Shown here one piece after another: positions 23,929 to 38,154 of a stretch of 64,000 nucleotides of DNA. Source of the stretch: Hemiscyllium ocellatum (lineage: Eukaryota). Position 1 is the first letter of the stretch. Each line of letters begins with the position of its first letter. The translations under genes were made by a program, and so were the position numbers. The DNA lies in assembly GCF_020745735.1 (NCBI RefSeq), contig NC_083412.1:34413181-34477180 (forward strand), given 5' to 3'. The notes beneath the pieces were generated by a model. It saw nothing but the letters and a program-made list of their open reading frames with translations, was not told the origin of the DNA and made no database searches.

Positions 23929-25194
23929 TAGAAATCATCCATGATTGTCACTTTTGGTAACTACCCCGGCATAGCTGTTGTAAAAGTGCAATGTCAATGT
24001 TAGGATTAGGCTGAACCATGGTATTCAAAGTTGAACACATCTAATAGTTAGGTTCACATAGCAAAGAATTTCCACTTAAGTAGTGTTAAAAGCTAGCAGG
24101 CACCAATGGAAAAGTATCAGCTAACAAATCTATATCTTCATTAGAAAATGGGAAGGCAGGAAAATATTTGGGCATATTAAAGTGTTAAAAAAATTGAAGT
24201 CACCAAATATGATAAAATTACACTCGATGCTTCTGCGGGATTATCTGCTTCTGTCTTTTTACTCCTCTCATTTTGCACTTTTCACATTTTAAACCAAACC
24301 CACTGAGAGGACAGATGCATTACTTGTTTGAATCAATCAGCAAGGCAGCAGACAGTATAATCCAAGTGAAGTTTCCACTAGAATTTAGCAAATCTTGGTT
24401 TTGGAATGCACAGTAAATGTCAGTATGTTAAGCAAAATTACCTTCACAAAACATTGTCAATTTCAAAAGGGCCTTAACTGTGACAGTTATGATTCTTATA
24501 ATATGACAGAAAGATCTCAAGAAATAGTTACATAATTCTTTTAAACTGTAAGTACTGGCAAATGGATCCTAGGTATTGTGCAAAGAACACTGTATTTCAA
24601 CATTTCTTAATTTTAAATTCAATGAATTGATATCTTATCATATGGAAGATATTACAGCCATGGAAAAGATACAGAGAAGATTTTCAAATCTACCAAGATG
24701 CAAGGTCACAGTCATGAAGAAAGACATTGAAATTGGGGGCCTTTTCCCAGGATCAGAAAAGGGCTGAAGGTTTAATGCTAAAGGAGGCTGCAAAGTACAA
24801 CAGTGAGAGGTTAGGGATAAAGTAATGGAAGAGGTGAAAAGGAGTTGCAAGGGAGGAGTGAGGAGGGAGGGAGAAACCAAAAGAGAGAGAGCAGTTTTAC
24901 ATGAACAACAATACGTCTAACAGATGTCCAAGAAAACTTGAAAGCACTAAGGTAAAAAATTCCGTGCAAATCAGTGTGGATATTGTAGTTTCAATTTGTG
25001 TAGGTTTTGGGACTACTATAATTATAAAAAACATAGTGTTGATTGGAGTAGTCTCCACTATCAGATGAGAAGTGTTTTGAGAAACCAGCTATTGAAAGAT
25101 TCGTTTCAACTGGTTTGCAAATTATTAATGAAAGGATCTAAGTTCAATGTTCTATTTAATATTCTCTATAATTCAACATTATTGATTATTGCCC

Positions 25195-25348
25195 TTCTGA
25201 TGAAGGGCAATGACCAATCCTGATGAAGGGTTTATGCTAGAAACATCAACTCTCCTGCTCCTAGGATGCTGCCTGACCGGCTGTGCTTTTCCAGCACCAC
25301 ATTCTTCGACGTTGATCTTCAGCATCTGCAGCCCTTACTTTCCTCTAC
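25195..25348 (+). mobile_element. Short hammerhead-bearing element, copy 1
   Basis: CTGATGA-AGGG...GAAAC at 25220-25244, followed by the GGATGCTGCCTGACC...CAGCATCTGCAG body shared with the other copies; CATTATTG at 25177-25184 and 25349-25356. Confidence 0.75.
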
Positions 25349-25694
25349 CATTATTGGTCACTCAAGTTACAGAATTTCACATCCCATAAATTAGGGGAGT
25401 ACCAAAAATGCTCAATACCTTGTTAAATTAACATGATGTTGGGATCAATGCACAAAATACACATAAAAGCCATGATGGGGAGCTGCATTTAGCTGGGGTG
25501 GGAAAGATTTTTTTTGTGTGGAGTCCAGGAGTTCTGTCCATTAGGATCAGTATGGAAGGGGAAAAGGAGGTGGCTGCAAGAGGACTCGTAGAGGAAGTGG
25601 AATCTGAACAGGACAACACGAGGAAAATGAGGCTATGATAGGGTCAGAGAGAAAAGGTGGCAAAGAGTACAGAGGGGAAAAGAAAGTTGCTAGG

Positions 25695-25992
25695 AGTGGC
25701 ACGGTGGTTCAGTGGTTAGCACTGTCCCCTCACAGTTTCGGACAACTGTCTGCATGGAGTTTGCACATTCTCCCAGTGTCTGCATGGGTTTCCTCCGAGT
25801 GCTCCAGTTTCCTCCCACAGTCCAAAGATGTGCTGGTTAGATGAATTGGCTATGCTAAATTGCCCATAGTGTTCAGGGAGAGTAATGGGGTAGGGGAACA
25901 GGTTTGGATGGGATATTCTTCAGAGGGTCTGTGTGGACTCGTTAGGCCAGATGGCCTGTTTCCAAACTGTCAGGATTCCATTCAATGATTCT
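25695..25992 (+). mobile_element. tRNA-derived SINE (HE1-like)
   Basis: GGCACGGTGGTTCAGTGG head; body shared with the other copies. Confidence 0.82.
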
Positions 25993-28199
25993 CGATAGAT
26001 GGGATGAAAGGAGGCGGCTACGGGATTTGTAGGGAGTAGGAAGCTGCAGAGAGGGGTAGAAGGAGACTGTAAGATGTAAAAGGTGTGAAAAGGAGCCAGG
26101 AAGAGGGGAGGCTGCAATGGAGAAACAACAGTTTTAAATCTATCAAGAATGGAATGCTCAGCCAACTAGGATCCAATAAAATTTGGAATTACTGAAGCAA
26201 TGAATCTTGTATAACCTTTAATATAAATTACCTTTGTTTCAGTAGCTACAATACTTGGAGAAAAAAAAAAGTGTGCCAGTTGTTAAATTTGAGTTTGAGA
26301 TCTGATGGAGGTTGCAGGGTTGTAACTGCCTGATTGAAATGAAACTGCTTCGATCAGCTGCCATTGAAGCTGGGACCTGACCAGTCTCCTGGAGGTGTGT
26401 TTAGCATGATGGCTTTTTGAGTGTCAAAGAATGTTAGCTACTTTGACTAAGAAACCTAATGTTGTGGCTTTAAGTTTAATGGTAAGTTGATAATAATGGA
26501 GTATATTGAGGAATTATTCTACCTTTGTTCTGTGCAAGTCCAAAAATGAACATCAATACATCAGGCAATATGATCACATCATCTAATAAGTGAGCTAGTG
26601 AGAATGAAACAGTAGGCCCTTGCAAATCATAAAAGTAGCCCTCCAGAAATAAATTATTTTAACTCGTGGTTAGCATCTTCATAATAGATCATTGTGTATA
26701 ATGAAAACTTCATTTCCCCTTTCAGTGGCACGTGCATTCTTTTAATCTTTTCAAAAGACAGATTGAAAAGCATTTTAGTGAGATAAGGCCAATCATAAAC
26801 AGGTTCATTTTACATTAAATGGATGAATGAACCAGTGAGAAACATCTATTTCAAGTCATACCAAATGCTTTGAAAAATAAGCCCCAAATCTTCTTTTTTG
26901 TTATGGGCTAAACATAATTAGGCTTCCATGTATTAGTAAGCACAAACTTGCTTCTTCCGCTGTTATAAGTTTCCTCAATCTTATCAGATCAGATCTCTGA
27001 GCAGGGAGCCAGATTTCTGATTGCACAGATTTGCATCGCCTATGTTCCTCCATAACTCTGATGAGGACCTGTCTATTATGGTGTCAAATCAAAATTTAAA
27101 TCTTAAATTAAACCTCCTTTTTGTGGGAGATCAAGGCAATTGCAACATCTGTTCTGCAAAATCCCTGAGCCAAACACAATGAAAAGTCAATTTTAGCAAG
27201 TGGGTATAAATTGTTCCAACATATTCTCATGTTCTATTAGTTTTGAGACAATAGGAAAGTACCCACATGACTATGGTTTCATCTGACTTTTAACTTGGTC
27301 CAATCTCAAAAGCATTCTGACTGACATGTCCTATTTGACATTTTAATCCTTCCTAAAGTAACCTGACCATATAATGGTAATAAAAATTAAACCAAAATCT
27401 CTTCTAGGTGCATGTGTAAAATGTTACAAAAAGGCACGGGCAAAGGGTTCTCATTGGAAGAATGAAAGAGAAAGTGAAAGGGTTATTTTTCACATTGTGC
27501 TATTAAGAGGAGTAGCAAGATATAGTCATGGTTTTCTACTTGCCATGTTCTCACAGGCTGCATATTATGAAAGGAAATCCCCAATTTGGAAGGAGAATGT
27601 TTTAAGGATATTTAAATAAATACACAGTAACAAACACACCCTGACTGAATTATTGCAAGCACTGTCATGCAACTCCTTGTGACTGGCTTAATAGCAGGAG
27701 TGACAAGATTCTGGCAGCAAGTCATTTGTTCATGCACTTGAAAAATGAATGAGGCATGTTTGAAATCACAAAGTAAAAGAACCAAAATTAATCATTTTTA
27801 AAGGTGACATTTTTATTTTTGTCGAAAAAAAGACAATGTATTAATTTACAAAAATACAACACAATCAGCCAAAGCAATTTTCACATTTATTGAGAATCTA
27901 AGTGTTTATCTTGAAGAAGTGATAGTTTTCAAGCTTGCTGTTAGTGTTGTGAGCATACTTTGGGTGTAGATGCGAATATTAAACCAAAGGAGAATATAGT
28001 CTTTGATAGATAAATTGGGAGAAGCTTAAAAACAAATCAACTATCTGTACTTCTGGCTACAATGAGAGGGTGGTAGTTATTTACAGGGAAAGGGGAAGAA
28101 AATGTCATCTGAAAAAAAGGCACTTAGATCAGATGAAATGAAAACATGAAAACATTAGGACACAAAAAAACCAATAAAGACAATAGAAACAAAAATAAA

Positions 28200-29938
28200 T
28201 TAGTAAGCTTTTATTTGTACATTTGAATCACAATTACATGGTAGACCTTAAATTAAACATGTCAAATATAAAAGTTCATTGAAATCCAGCAAAATCACAC
28301 TGTTCCATATTTTCAGCACTGAATAAAGCTTCATAAGCATCAGGATTAATGATATTATCATATGGATCCTCTTCAGCTTTGCTGTCTGTAATTAGAGGTA
28401 GCACATCATTTGTTTCTTCTTCATCTGTGTCATCCCATAGATAATCATTCTTTGTACCATCCAATACACTCGAAATCCCACATTTCTTGAATGGTTTGGA
28501 AATTGTGTCAGCTTTTATTTCCTTCCATGAATCAACGATCCATTCATAGAACAGTGACAGTGATATAGCCTACATACTGCCTCCTTTAGTGTATATGTTT
28601 TCTCCATCACACATCCAGTTATACAACTTCATTCTCATCATGTCTTTAAATGGCTTATAGATACCAACATGTATTGGTTGCAAAACACTTGTAAGTCCAC
28701 GGGAATTACAGCTACATCAGTGTTATGTGATTGGGTGTTATCAACAACATCCTTCACTAGGTGCGATTTAAACTGGTCTAGGTTGAGCAAACACTTTTCC
28801 TTGCGTAGTCCACCAGGTTGTAAATTTTAAACTTCCTTTCTCCATTTTCTGCAACCACCTTCATTCATCCAGCCATGTGGATGCATATGGACAATTCCTT
28901 TTGGAAATTTCTCCTTTGGTAAAGTTTTGTTCTTAAAAACAGCTATCAGTTTTAACTTAGTGCATCAGCCATACAGGAAAGAACTAAGGTAAACCTACTT
29001 TCCTCATGTCCAGCGGTTTTCACCAATACTGTTTTTTTCTCCTTTTTGGTTCACAGTTCGATTCTCTGGCATGTTGAGAGTAATACACATTTCGTCCATG
29101 TTTCCAATGCATAATAACTTGAAGCCTTCCTTCAGCTAATTTCTGATTACAAACTGGTGAAATTGTAATATCTTACCTTGTAGTTCAGCAGGCAGCTATT
29201 GTGCAAGCATAGTTTTCTGCCGAAGTACTAAGTCATGACTTCTCATGAACCTTGCGCCCCATCCAACACTTGCCTTAAAATCCAAAATTCCACCCTTCTT
29301 TGATTTGTTTTCTTTCTACATTTGGATGGCTTCACGGCTAACACATTTTCCACGTTGATGATTTTCAAGTACCCATTCAGCAACTTTTTTCTCCAAATGT
29401 GGCCACTTGCTTGTTTTACTTCCGTTGGCACACTTTCATTTTAGCATTGTCTGAAGTTGGTTGGACATCTTTCTAGTCTCTCAAGTTCTTTGAAACACAA
29501 AATTCTCTCAATGCTGCACAGTTACTTGTCCTTTCTGCTATTCCAATGCTGCTGTATATTGTGTTTTCTCTGGAAAGCATTTTTACACAAAGTGACGAAG
29601 AAATTTCAAAGCCTCAACTAGGTAGCAGTACAGTAGGTAACCATATTCCATGAAGTTGGTTGTCACCTGACTCTGACCTGATGCATCTTAAACTTTCGCG
29701 CCAAATTGGTGCGAATTGTACATCAAATCACATACCCAGTAATAGCATGGAAAAAAGTTCATATCCTCATTGTAACATTTACGTACAAGATAATACTTTG
29801 GCTCATAAGTGCTGCTGTTTTCTGTGAAGAACTAGGGTCAACTTTTACATGAGGTATATGGAAAATTCCAGATTTTTTGGCTAAGAATCGGTGGTCAACT
29901 TTTACATGAGATCAATTTTTAAACAAGTATATATGGTA
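28200..29938 (-). mobile_element. Decayed pogo-superfamily (Tc1/mariner-related) DNA transposon
   Basis: Frameshifted DDE_1-type transposase about 28276-29580: IGNMDE, KTAGHE, GWMN, LDQFKSH, GLTSVLQP, FKKCGISSVLDGT. Right terminus has repeated GGTCAACTTTTACATGAG and ends ...TATATGG-TA. Left TIR not found. Confidence 0.85.
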
Positions 29939-31060
29939 TATATGTTATATGTAGTTAAGCTGTGTAATCCTGATATGCCACAACATGTAAGTGACCACAA
30001 AGTACATAGAATCAAATTCACATTTGATCATGAAAACTATGGCAGAAAACCACAACAGCGAGTAAATGTGATGCCCAAATTGAGACAGTCCAATGACTTC
30101 AATGATAAGGGCTACATTTAAACAAAACAAATGTTGAGAAATGCAACATATGAGCAAAATATTTGTATAAAGGAACAATGGAGTTACTGTTCTTAATTTG
30201 GGATTATAACAATCCTTTTGATAGTGGATATGAACGATGATAATATTAAGAAATTATTGGTGTTGCTTTCATTAAAAAATATTATGTTATTGATTTGCAG
30301 ACTCTAGGACTATAATATTAATGGTACTCCACACTGCTCCTGTTATGCTTCCCTCACTCCCCAGACAGCTGTCCAATCTAATGACAGGCTACATTGGAGG
30401 TTAAGGTTTTAAAATAGGGAATGCATCCTCAATCTGGCTGTGCAAACATCCTTCAATATTTTTACAACAATTCACAATGGAGAGATAAGTCACTTCATTA
30501 ACATATTTCTGCCAGGTTCCAATAGTTCAATGCAAGTCAATTTAACTGTTGCCACTTGGGTTCCCTGTGAAGCAAAGAGAAAGTAAATGCTTCAAGCTCA
30601 CGAAGGCCTTAGTATTTTATGTGAAAAAGCTTTTGCCACTCTTTCTCTCTGTTGAATAACCCCTTCCAAGCCCCAATCTCATGTCACCTCCCGCCCATGC
30701 ATGGCCTTAATTTCCCCCCCCCCCAGCCCAAATTCTCTCTCTCCCCTCCCTTGTAACTGTCCAGAACTGAACCGTCCCAAAGGGTCAATGGCTGCAGTCA
30801 CTTGCTGCTGGTTTTTCCATTCAGCAGCTGACTGGGCTACTGCCAGGCATGAAATGGAAGTGAAATCAGGTTATAACAAGAAGGCGCCATTGAAGTATAG
30901 AAGAAAGTCTGCACCATTGGCTTTGCTGGTTTTCTTCACTTTGCCATACCCTCTCTGCTTCCTTGTAAATATTGGGCCAACGTCTCAGTTCTATTTATTT
31001 ATTTATCTGATTTATTTGCTTGCATTTATTCAGTTTAAGCATTAGCACATTGAAGCTTAC

Positions 31061-31159
31061 CAAAGAAATTTTGCAGTAAATCCTTGACCAGTAAGGAAGA
31101 ACTCCTTTAATATTCTCTAGGTGCTTCTCTTTGCACATTGCTCCAAACTCTTGTACAGC
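31061..31159 (-). CDS. LTN1: LTN1 exon 3
   Basis: ctaAG/GTaag boundaries, 99 nt, [33 protein letters not shown]. Confidence 0.95.
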
Positions 31160-32104
31160 CTTAGAAGAAAGTGAGTGAACATTTAGTGAGTAATTCGAGC
31201 AGTGAAAAATGAAACCAATATCATACTGAAAAAAGCCAAGAGAATTTCATAATTCCAAACAATAACATTTCTCACAATAATACTGTGTCAAATACAATAT
31301 AACACTTAGCATTTAATTGAATTCTACCTATTATATGGCACATTTTTAAAAATCTGACCAAACAGTAATTCTAGTGCAGTTTGAAACAGAAAGCTTAACT
31401 TACAGTTACCTAATTAATCCACATTGAGGGATAAGACAAGCTAAACTAGGCAAGTAAATATAGCAATGTTTAAGTGTGCCATTAAAGGCTCAAAATGTAT
31501 CATAGAAAATAAAACTTAATAAAGAGCATCCTTTTTATTAACCAGCACCAGTGGAACCAGGAGTGTACCAGTTGATCAAATATTCCAGATAATCAAAAGG
31601 TCCACATAATCAATGCAAAAAGATACACTAAGTATAGAAACAAAATACAGGGGGTATACCCATCACTGTTATACTTTATTTTCAGCATAAAACAATTCGA
31701 TAATAATGTAACTTTTCCTTCAGTAGTAAGCCTTCTCGCTCGCACCCTCAAATGACTACTTGGACATTGCAGCAGGTTGCAGTACTTGTGGAGAAATTGA
31801 TTTGAACTTGAATCAACTGTTGATATTTTGTGTGGCCATTGCATTGAACAAGTATTGTTATATTGAAGTAAATACATTTTAAAAAGCTATAATAACTGCA
31901 CAGAATAATGTAGTAAACTTTACAGTATGAGGGATATAATATTTTTTCTGTTTATCAGATGAATTTGATTTATTGTTGTCACACGTACCGACATGCAGTG
32001 AGAAGTGTTGTTCTGCGTGCTATAGAGGCAGATTGTACCAAACAAAGTGCATGAGGGTAGCAGAACAGAGTGCAGGATACAGTGTTACCACCGCAGAGAA
32101 GGTG

Positions 32105-32106
<2 letters not shown>

Positions 32107-32135
<29 letters not shown>
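32107..32135 (+). repeat. (GA)n microsatellite
   Basis: Seen directly. Confidence 0.95.
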
Positions 32136-32141
<6 letters not shown>

Positions 32142-32432
32142 ATATTAACATTTGAGAGGTCCATTCAAAAGTCTGATAAAATCATGTAAGAAGCTGTTCT
32201 TGAATCTGGTTTTGAATCTGCACATGTATTCAAACTTTTATATCTTCTGCCCGATGGAATTGTGTGAAACAGAATATAACCAGAGTGGGAGGATGTCTTT
32301 AATTATGTTGGTTGCTTTTTCTTTAGACAGCAGGGAATACAGATGGAGTTGATGGATGGAAAGCAGGTTTGTAAGATGGACTGGGCTGTGAACACCAGTT
32401 CATAACATGGCAGTCATACAAAGTTTGCTGTG

Positions 32433-32649
32433 TAGGTCATTTTGCTATAACGTGGCAGTCGTGTTCGCCTGCAACTTTGTGTTATAGAAAATCGCGGTAT
32501 GGGAAACGACTATAGAAATCGCGCCATGGAAAAAACACACTATAGTTGTTCAGCAGAAAGTTGGCATTATACAAACAACGTCCACAATTTATCAATCGTT
32601 TTATAGCCAATTCATGCTGACAAAACACGCATTATAGCAGAACGACCTG
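32433..32649. mobile_element. MITE (Tigger/pogo-like)
   Basis: Imperfect TIRs AGGTCATTTTGCTATAA / TTATAGCAGAACGACCT. Confidence 0.6.
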
Positions 32650-34581
32650 AACAAGAAAATTGCATTAGACTTTTTAAAAAGTGCTTTGTTGTGTGGAGTT
32701 TGATGTCTGTAGGGTGTTTTAAAACTGAGGTTACCTTTGTAATTTTGGAAATAATGGTACAAAGCAGGTTGCTCCCCACCCACCCCCCACCCAAAAAATG
32801 AAATGAATAGTAATGTTACCTGTGGTTTTTAATGGAGATGGGTTGAAGGCTAAGTATTTTTCAAGACACTGGAAGCAGTCACCTGCACTTTTTCTAACAA
32901 TATTACAAGATCTTTTACATCCACTTGAATGAGCAGACAATTCTCAGTTTAACTTCTCATGTGAACAAGTGCAGCAGTCCTCAGAAAATGTGCTTAAGTA
33001 TCTGAAGAACATACTGAATCCACTATTTTCTAATTTAGGAACAACAGTGCCATCAAAAAAAAGTCTTACAATTAGCTGGGCTTGAAAAAGGCACATCCAA
33101 ATTTAATGTTACCTGGCAAAATAGTCCAGTAGTTCATCATAGTTAGTTTGGCTAAAAGAAATCTGCTATCTATAATTCAGTCATATTGATCAAAAAGACT
33201 GAACACTTGATCCCTGCTTGTGTCAGTTTGACTTGGCTGAAGAATGTTTCTCTCCATCCATTTCATGGTTTCAAGGCACATTCTAGATAAATAGCTAAGG
33301 CAACAGCAAGTGTACTATCAAAGATGAGACTTTTTGACTGAGAATATATGGCTGCCTGTTTAGCTACTGTACATGGGGACAGATATAGACTATTCAGCTC
33401 CTTGAGCCTATTATGCTCACGGGTGATCTGTACGTCAACTCAAACTGTTTTTGCTTGATATTATTTGACACACTTCTTAAAACTCTGTCAACCTTCGTAT
33501 TAGATATGTCAATTGATCCAGCTTCTTGGGTAAATAGAGTCCATATTTATTTTCCACTCTGCAATATTTTCATATTTCTCTTGTAAGTGACAAAGCACTG
33601 ATTTTAAGATTGTACACCAGAGAAAACAGCTCCTCTGCATGTATCCTACTGCATCTCTGCTTCAAACATCTTCTCATAACTTAATCTTTTTACATTCAGT
33701 TATCCTTTTGGTGGATTTGCACTTTCAAGGACAACCCCAGGGGTTGGGAAGAGGTGCTACAATAGAAACCAATGTAAAGCTTTGTGATTCAGCAAAGCAA
33801 GATCTCCTTGAATTTCAATCATTTCTCCCAAATAAAAGATGTTACCATTCTAACCCATGAGTCCATTCAATGTGTACCTTGTTGTGGGATATGTGGAGTA
33901 TTCATGCCACTTCTTGTTCTCACCCGGAGCTGGAAATTTCATAAACTTTGGTTCCAATTTCGACCTTTACATTGTCCTGCTCTTTTCAATTTCTGTGTCT
34001 CAGTTTTTGGCAATAGGCAATGAAAACACATTTGCTATTAAGTCTGCTGACCTCAATAGCTACACTAGCCATACTTTCTTATATCAGTTCTGCAAGGGCT
34101 CCATTCCATCCTCCCACTTACATCTATTCTGATGATGCAACTTTGCATACCAGTTCTTTTGTTATGTATTCCTTTCTCCCTCAATTGAGGATCCCATTCT
34201 ACACTATGCCTGAAAGGGTTCTCATCTATTTCATTCCATTTCACATAGTTCTGCTCTCATTCCTTCTCTTAGCTCCCAGAACACTGATAGTGCTTCCTTT
34301 TGTCTTGGACTTCCATTTTTTCATACTTCGTGTTCAACAGATAATTTTCCTCCAGTTCTGTCATCTTCCATATAATGCCATCACCAGACCCAGCTTACCC
34401 ACATCTCCCCTTTCTGCATACTGAAAGAGACTTTCCCTTCACAATAGATTTGACTACCCCTTAGACTCAACATCCGTTCTCTTTTTCATACAAACTCAGG
34501 AGATGCAATGTTAGCTCTTTTATCTCCTTTCACTACCCTTGTCCCCAGCAGGTTTACTATATAGTGCGTCTTTTAATATAG

Positions 34582-35165
34582 AGTCATAGAGATGTACAGC
34601 ATGGAAACAGACCCTTCAGTCCAACCCGTCCATGCCAACTAGATATCCCAGCCCAATCTAGTCCCACCTGTCAGCACCCGGACCATATCCCTCCAAACCC
34701 TTCATATTCATATACCCATCCAAATGCCTCTTAAATGTTGCAATTGTACCAGCCTCCACCACTTCCTCTGGCAGCTCATTCCATACACGTACCACCCTCG
34801 GTGTGAAAAAGTTACCCCTTAGGTCTCTTTTATATCTTTCCCATCTCACCCTAAACCTATGCCCTCTAGTTCTGGACTCCCCCACCCAAGGGAAAAGACT
34901 TTGTCTATCATATCCATGCCCCTCACAATTTTGTAAACCTCTATAAGGTCACCCCTCAGTCTCCGACACTCCAGGGAAAACAGCCCCAGCCTGTTCAGCT
35001 TCTCCCTGTAGTTCAGATCCTCCAACCTTGGCAACATCCTTGTAAATCTTTTCTGAACCCTTTCAAGTTTCACAACATCTTTCCAACAGGAAGGAGACCA
35101 GAATTGCACGCAATATTCCAATAGTGGCCTAACCAATGTCCTGTACAGCCACAACATGACCTCCC
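34582..35165 (-). mobile_element. CR1-clade LINE 3' fragment inserted into an old Penelope remnant
   Basis: Same family on the minus strand; AATATAG duplicated at 34575-34581 and 35166-35172. Confidence 0.88.
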
Positions 35166-37235
35166 AATATAGCACATTGCAATCTCCACTCAAAATCTGG
35201 AACAGACACTAATCCAGACTGGGTGACCACTTTGCAGAACACGTCCAATACTGTCCAAATTTTTCAAAAAATGTATAATATCACCATTGCAAATAAATAT
35301 CAAGCACCTTTTCTCTTTTATAGCTGTTTAGATTTCACTTTTGACATCAATAAGAATCTCAAAATTCAGAATGCTGGAATAGTTACTAATATTTTCACTA
35401 TACAAGAATATATTAGTATTGGCATTATTGCCAAGTGGCTTGTATGATTCTATAACAGGTGTACAGAATTAAACGTATGCAAACTCCTATGGCAGAAATA
35501 TATAGGAACACTTACTATGATATGTTATTTAGAGTAGACAAGAACAAAGTTACAGGCTATCTTCAATCACAAAGTATCATCAATCCTCTGAAAAATGTAG
35601 CAACGTTATTGCACAGTGTTCAGATTTACTTTTGTTTCTCCTCAATATTAATCTATACCATTAATTATGCTTGTTAGTCCAGTGCTCACAATGAGGTTGC
35701 ACTAAGGTCTTTGCTTTTTCCAAGATTGTTTATTCAGAAGATGGATCTCAGGGGAGGACAAGAAGTGTGGGGGTAATAAAGATCATACAACTAACTTCAG
35801 TCACAAAGAAATGTCAAAAATAATTCTACCCATCTTCTACTAGTTCTATGAAGATGTACTAACGTCACAGTTTGTTACACAATAAATCCAATTATAACAG
35901 CAATTGTTACAATTATACAAGATGTGTAGTATGAGATTTACATGACTTTTTTTGGGACTGTATTTAGAAATTTAGGCTCAAATAAAATAGGGGTCTGTGA
36001 CCTGTTCTGACATTTGACTGACAGTGAGCCTGGGGGGCTTCATTGTTCCATCAAAGGAAGGATTAGATTATTTTACTTGGGAGAAAGTGCCAAATGCTTT
36101 GGTGTTGGTGACAACCTGTGTGTCAAAGCTGAGTCTATAGGTTCCCAAAGTCCCAAAAGGATGTTGAGAATGTTAGCTTGTTGGCAGTTTATTTTACCTA
36201 TCATTTTAGTCTGAAAATAAAAGGGGGTTGGGTTCTCATTAATGGATAATGAACATTTCTGCCTTAATATAAGACCCGTGTGATTTACATCATGAGAAAG
36301 GATGCAGAGGAAGTCATTATAGAGAGTACATTACAGGCTTAGCGAGAAAATCACTTTTTAGTTTACCTGGATCAGGTGCAAAGGAGTAACCAGAGGCCAA
36401 AAATGATTCAATGGCTCGCTGTGTAGAAGTACAGGTAGAAGCTTGAGTATACAATGTAAAGACCAAACTCACAAGGGATTAAAACAAAGTTGAAAGAGTT
36501 ACCTAGCTAGGGCTAGATGTTAATTCTTCAAGTAAAAAAAAACTCACTGTAAAAGACTAAGATTGTAAATTACCAGGCTGAGAAAAGAACAGGAATAAGT
36601 TCTGGGAGTCAAGAACCATTTTGGAATAAATCTTGGAAAGCTGAATGCCTGTTGTGAAGCATACCTGCAAAGGGTTTTCTTTCAGCTGAGCAGAAAGCGG
36701 GGATATTCCATATTGCAGGCTGAAGTACAAGTTGTTTACAAAAGTAGCATTTACTCAGCGTGTTTTAAGTCTCTTACAATAAACACCTTAAAATATGAAA
36801 TCTTGAAATGTCATCCTTTCAGTTATTAATTGAAAATTTTAATTCCTTTTTAAAACTATTTTGATCAATTGGATCGTGACAGGATTGCAAGACTGTTTCA
36901 AACACATTAGAAACTGTACTGTTTAGTTAATCAAAATTCAGGATGCTGAATTTTCATAATTGAATAGAGAGCACAGTATTCATTTTGTTCTCATAATTTG
37001 TTGAAAACAGATAAGAAAAACAGAATATTTTATTTGCAATTTAGACAACTTTTGTCAATAGAAGCATCTAACTTCTCTCAAAGTTTATTTTCTTTAAGTT
37101 CAAGTCAAATGAAAAATTGAAGCTTTATGAAAAAACTGTTGTCAACTGTTAAAAATAAAATTACTTTGATACACAAAAACAAACTCACAACCAAAATGTA
37201 AGAATCTAAATTCAAGAACTCTTTTTGATTTGAAC

Positions 37236-38154
37236 ATGATTTGGATGTGAGCATAAGAGGTTTAGTTAGTAAGTTTGCTCAAGACAGCAAAATTGAAGGT
37301 GTAGAGGACAGCGAAGAGGGTTACCTCAGATTACAATAGGATCTTGATCAGATGGGCCAATGGGCTGAGAAGTGGCAGATGGAGTTTAATTCAGATAAAT
37401 GCAATGTGCTGCATTTTGGGAAAACAAATCTTAGCAGAACTTATACACTTAATGGTAAGGTCCGAGGGAGTGTTGTTGAACAAAGAGACCTTGGAGTACA
37501 GATTCATTGCACCTTGAAAGTAGAGTTGCAGGTAGATAGGATAGTGAAGGAGGCTTTTGATATGGTTTCCTTTATTGGTCACAGTATTGAGTACAGGAGT
37601 TGGGAGGTCATGTTGTGACTGTACAGGACATTGGTTCGGCCACTGTTGGAATATTGCATGCAATTCTGGTCTCCTTCCTATCGGAAAGATGCTGTGAAAC
37701 TTGAAAGGGTTCAGAAAAGATTTACAAGGATGTTGCCAGGGTTGGAGGATTTGAGCTATAGGGAGACGTTGAATAGGCTGGGGTTGTTTTCCCTGGAGCA
37801 TCGGAGGCTGAGGGATGACCTTATAGAGGTTTATAAAATCATGTGGGGCACAGATAAGATAAACAGACCGTCTTTTCCCTGATTTGGGGGAGTCCAGAAC
37901 TAGAGGGCATAGGTTTAGGGTGGGAGGGAAAAGATATAAAAGTGACCTAAGGGGCAACGTTTTCATGCAGAGGGTCGTAAGTGTATGGAATTGCAACATT
38001 GAACACGTGTCTGGATGAGTATATGAATAGGAAGGGTTTGAAGGGATATGGGCCGAGTGCTGGCAGGAGGAAGTAGATTGGGTTGGGATATCTGGTCAGA
38101 TGGACATGTTGGACTGAAGGGTCTGTATCCATGCTGTACATCTCCATGACTCTA
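37236..38154 (+). mobile_element. CR1-clade LINE 3' fragment
   Basis: Same family as 60518-62060 (WAEKWQMEFN, VRPLLEYCMQFWSP). Confidence 0.9.

Noticed and set aside
23820-24130. Possible ancient conserved SINE-derived element around the poly-G run
   Set aside because: Only a vague impression; cannot be supported without a database search.
35925-36881. Possible solo LTRs (also about 41990-42369 and 50327-50849)
   Set aside because: TG/CA-like ends and AATAAA only; no TSD or second copy in the window to support the call.
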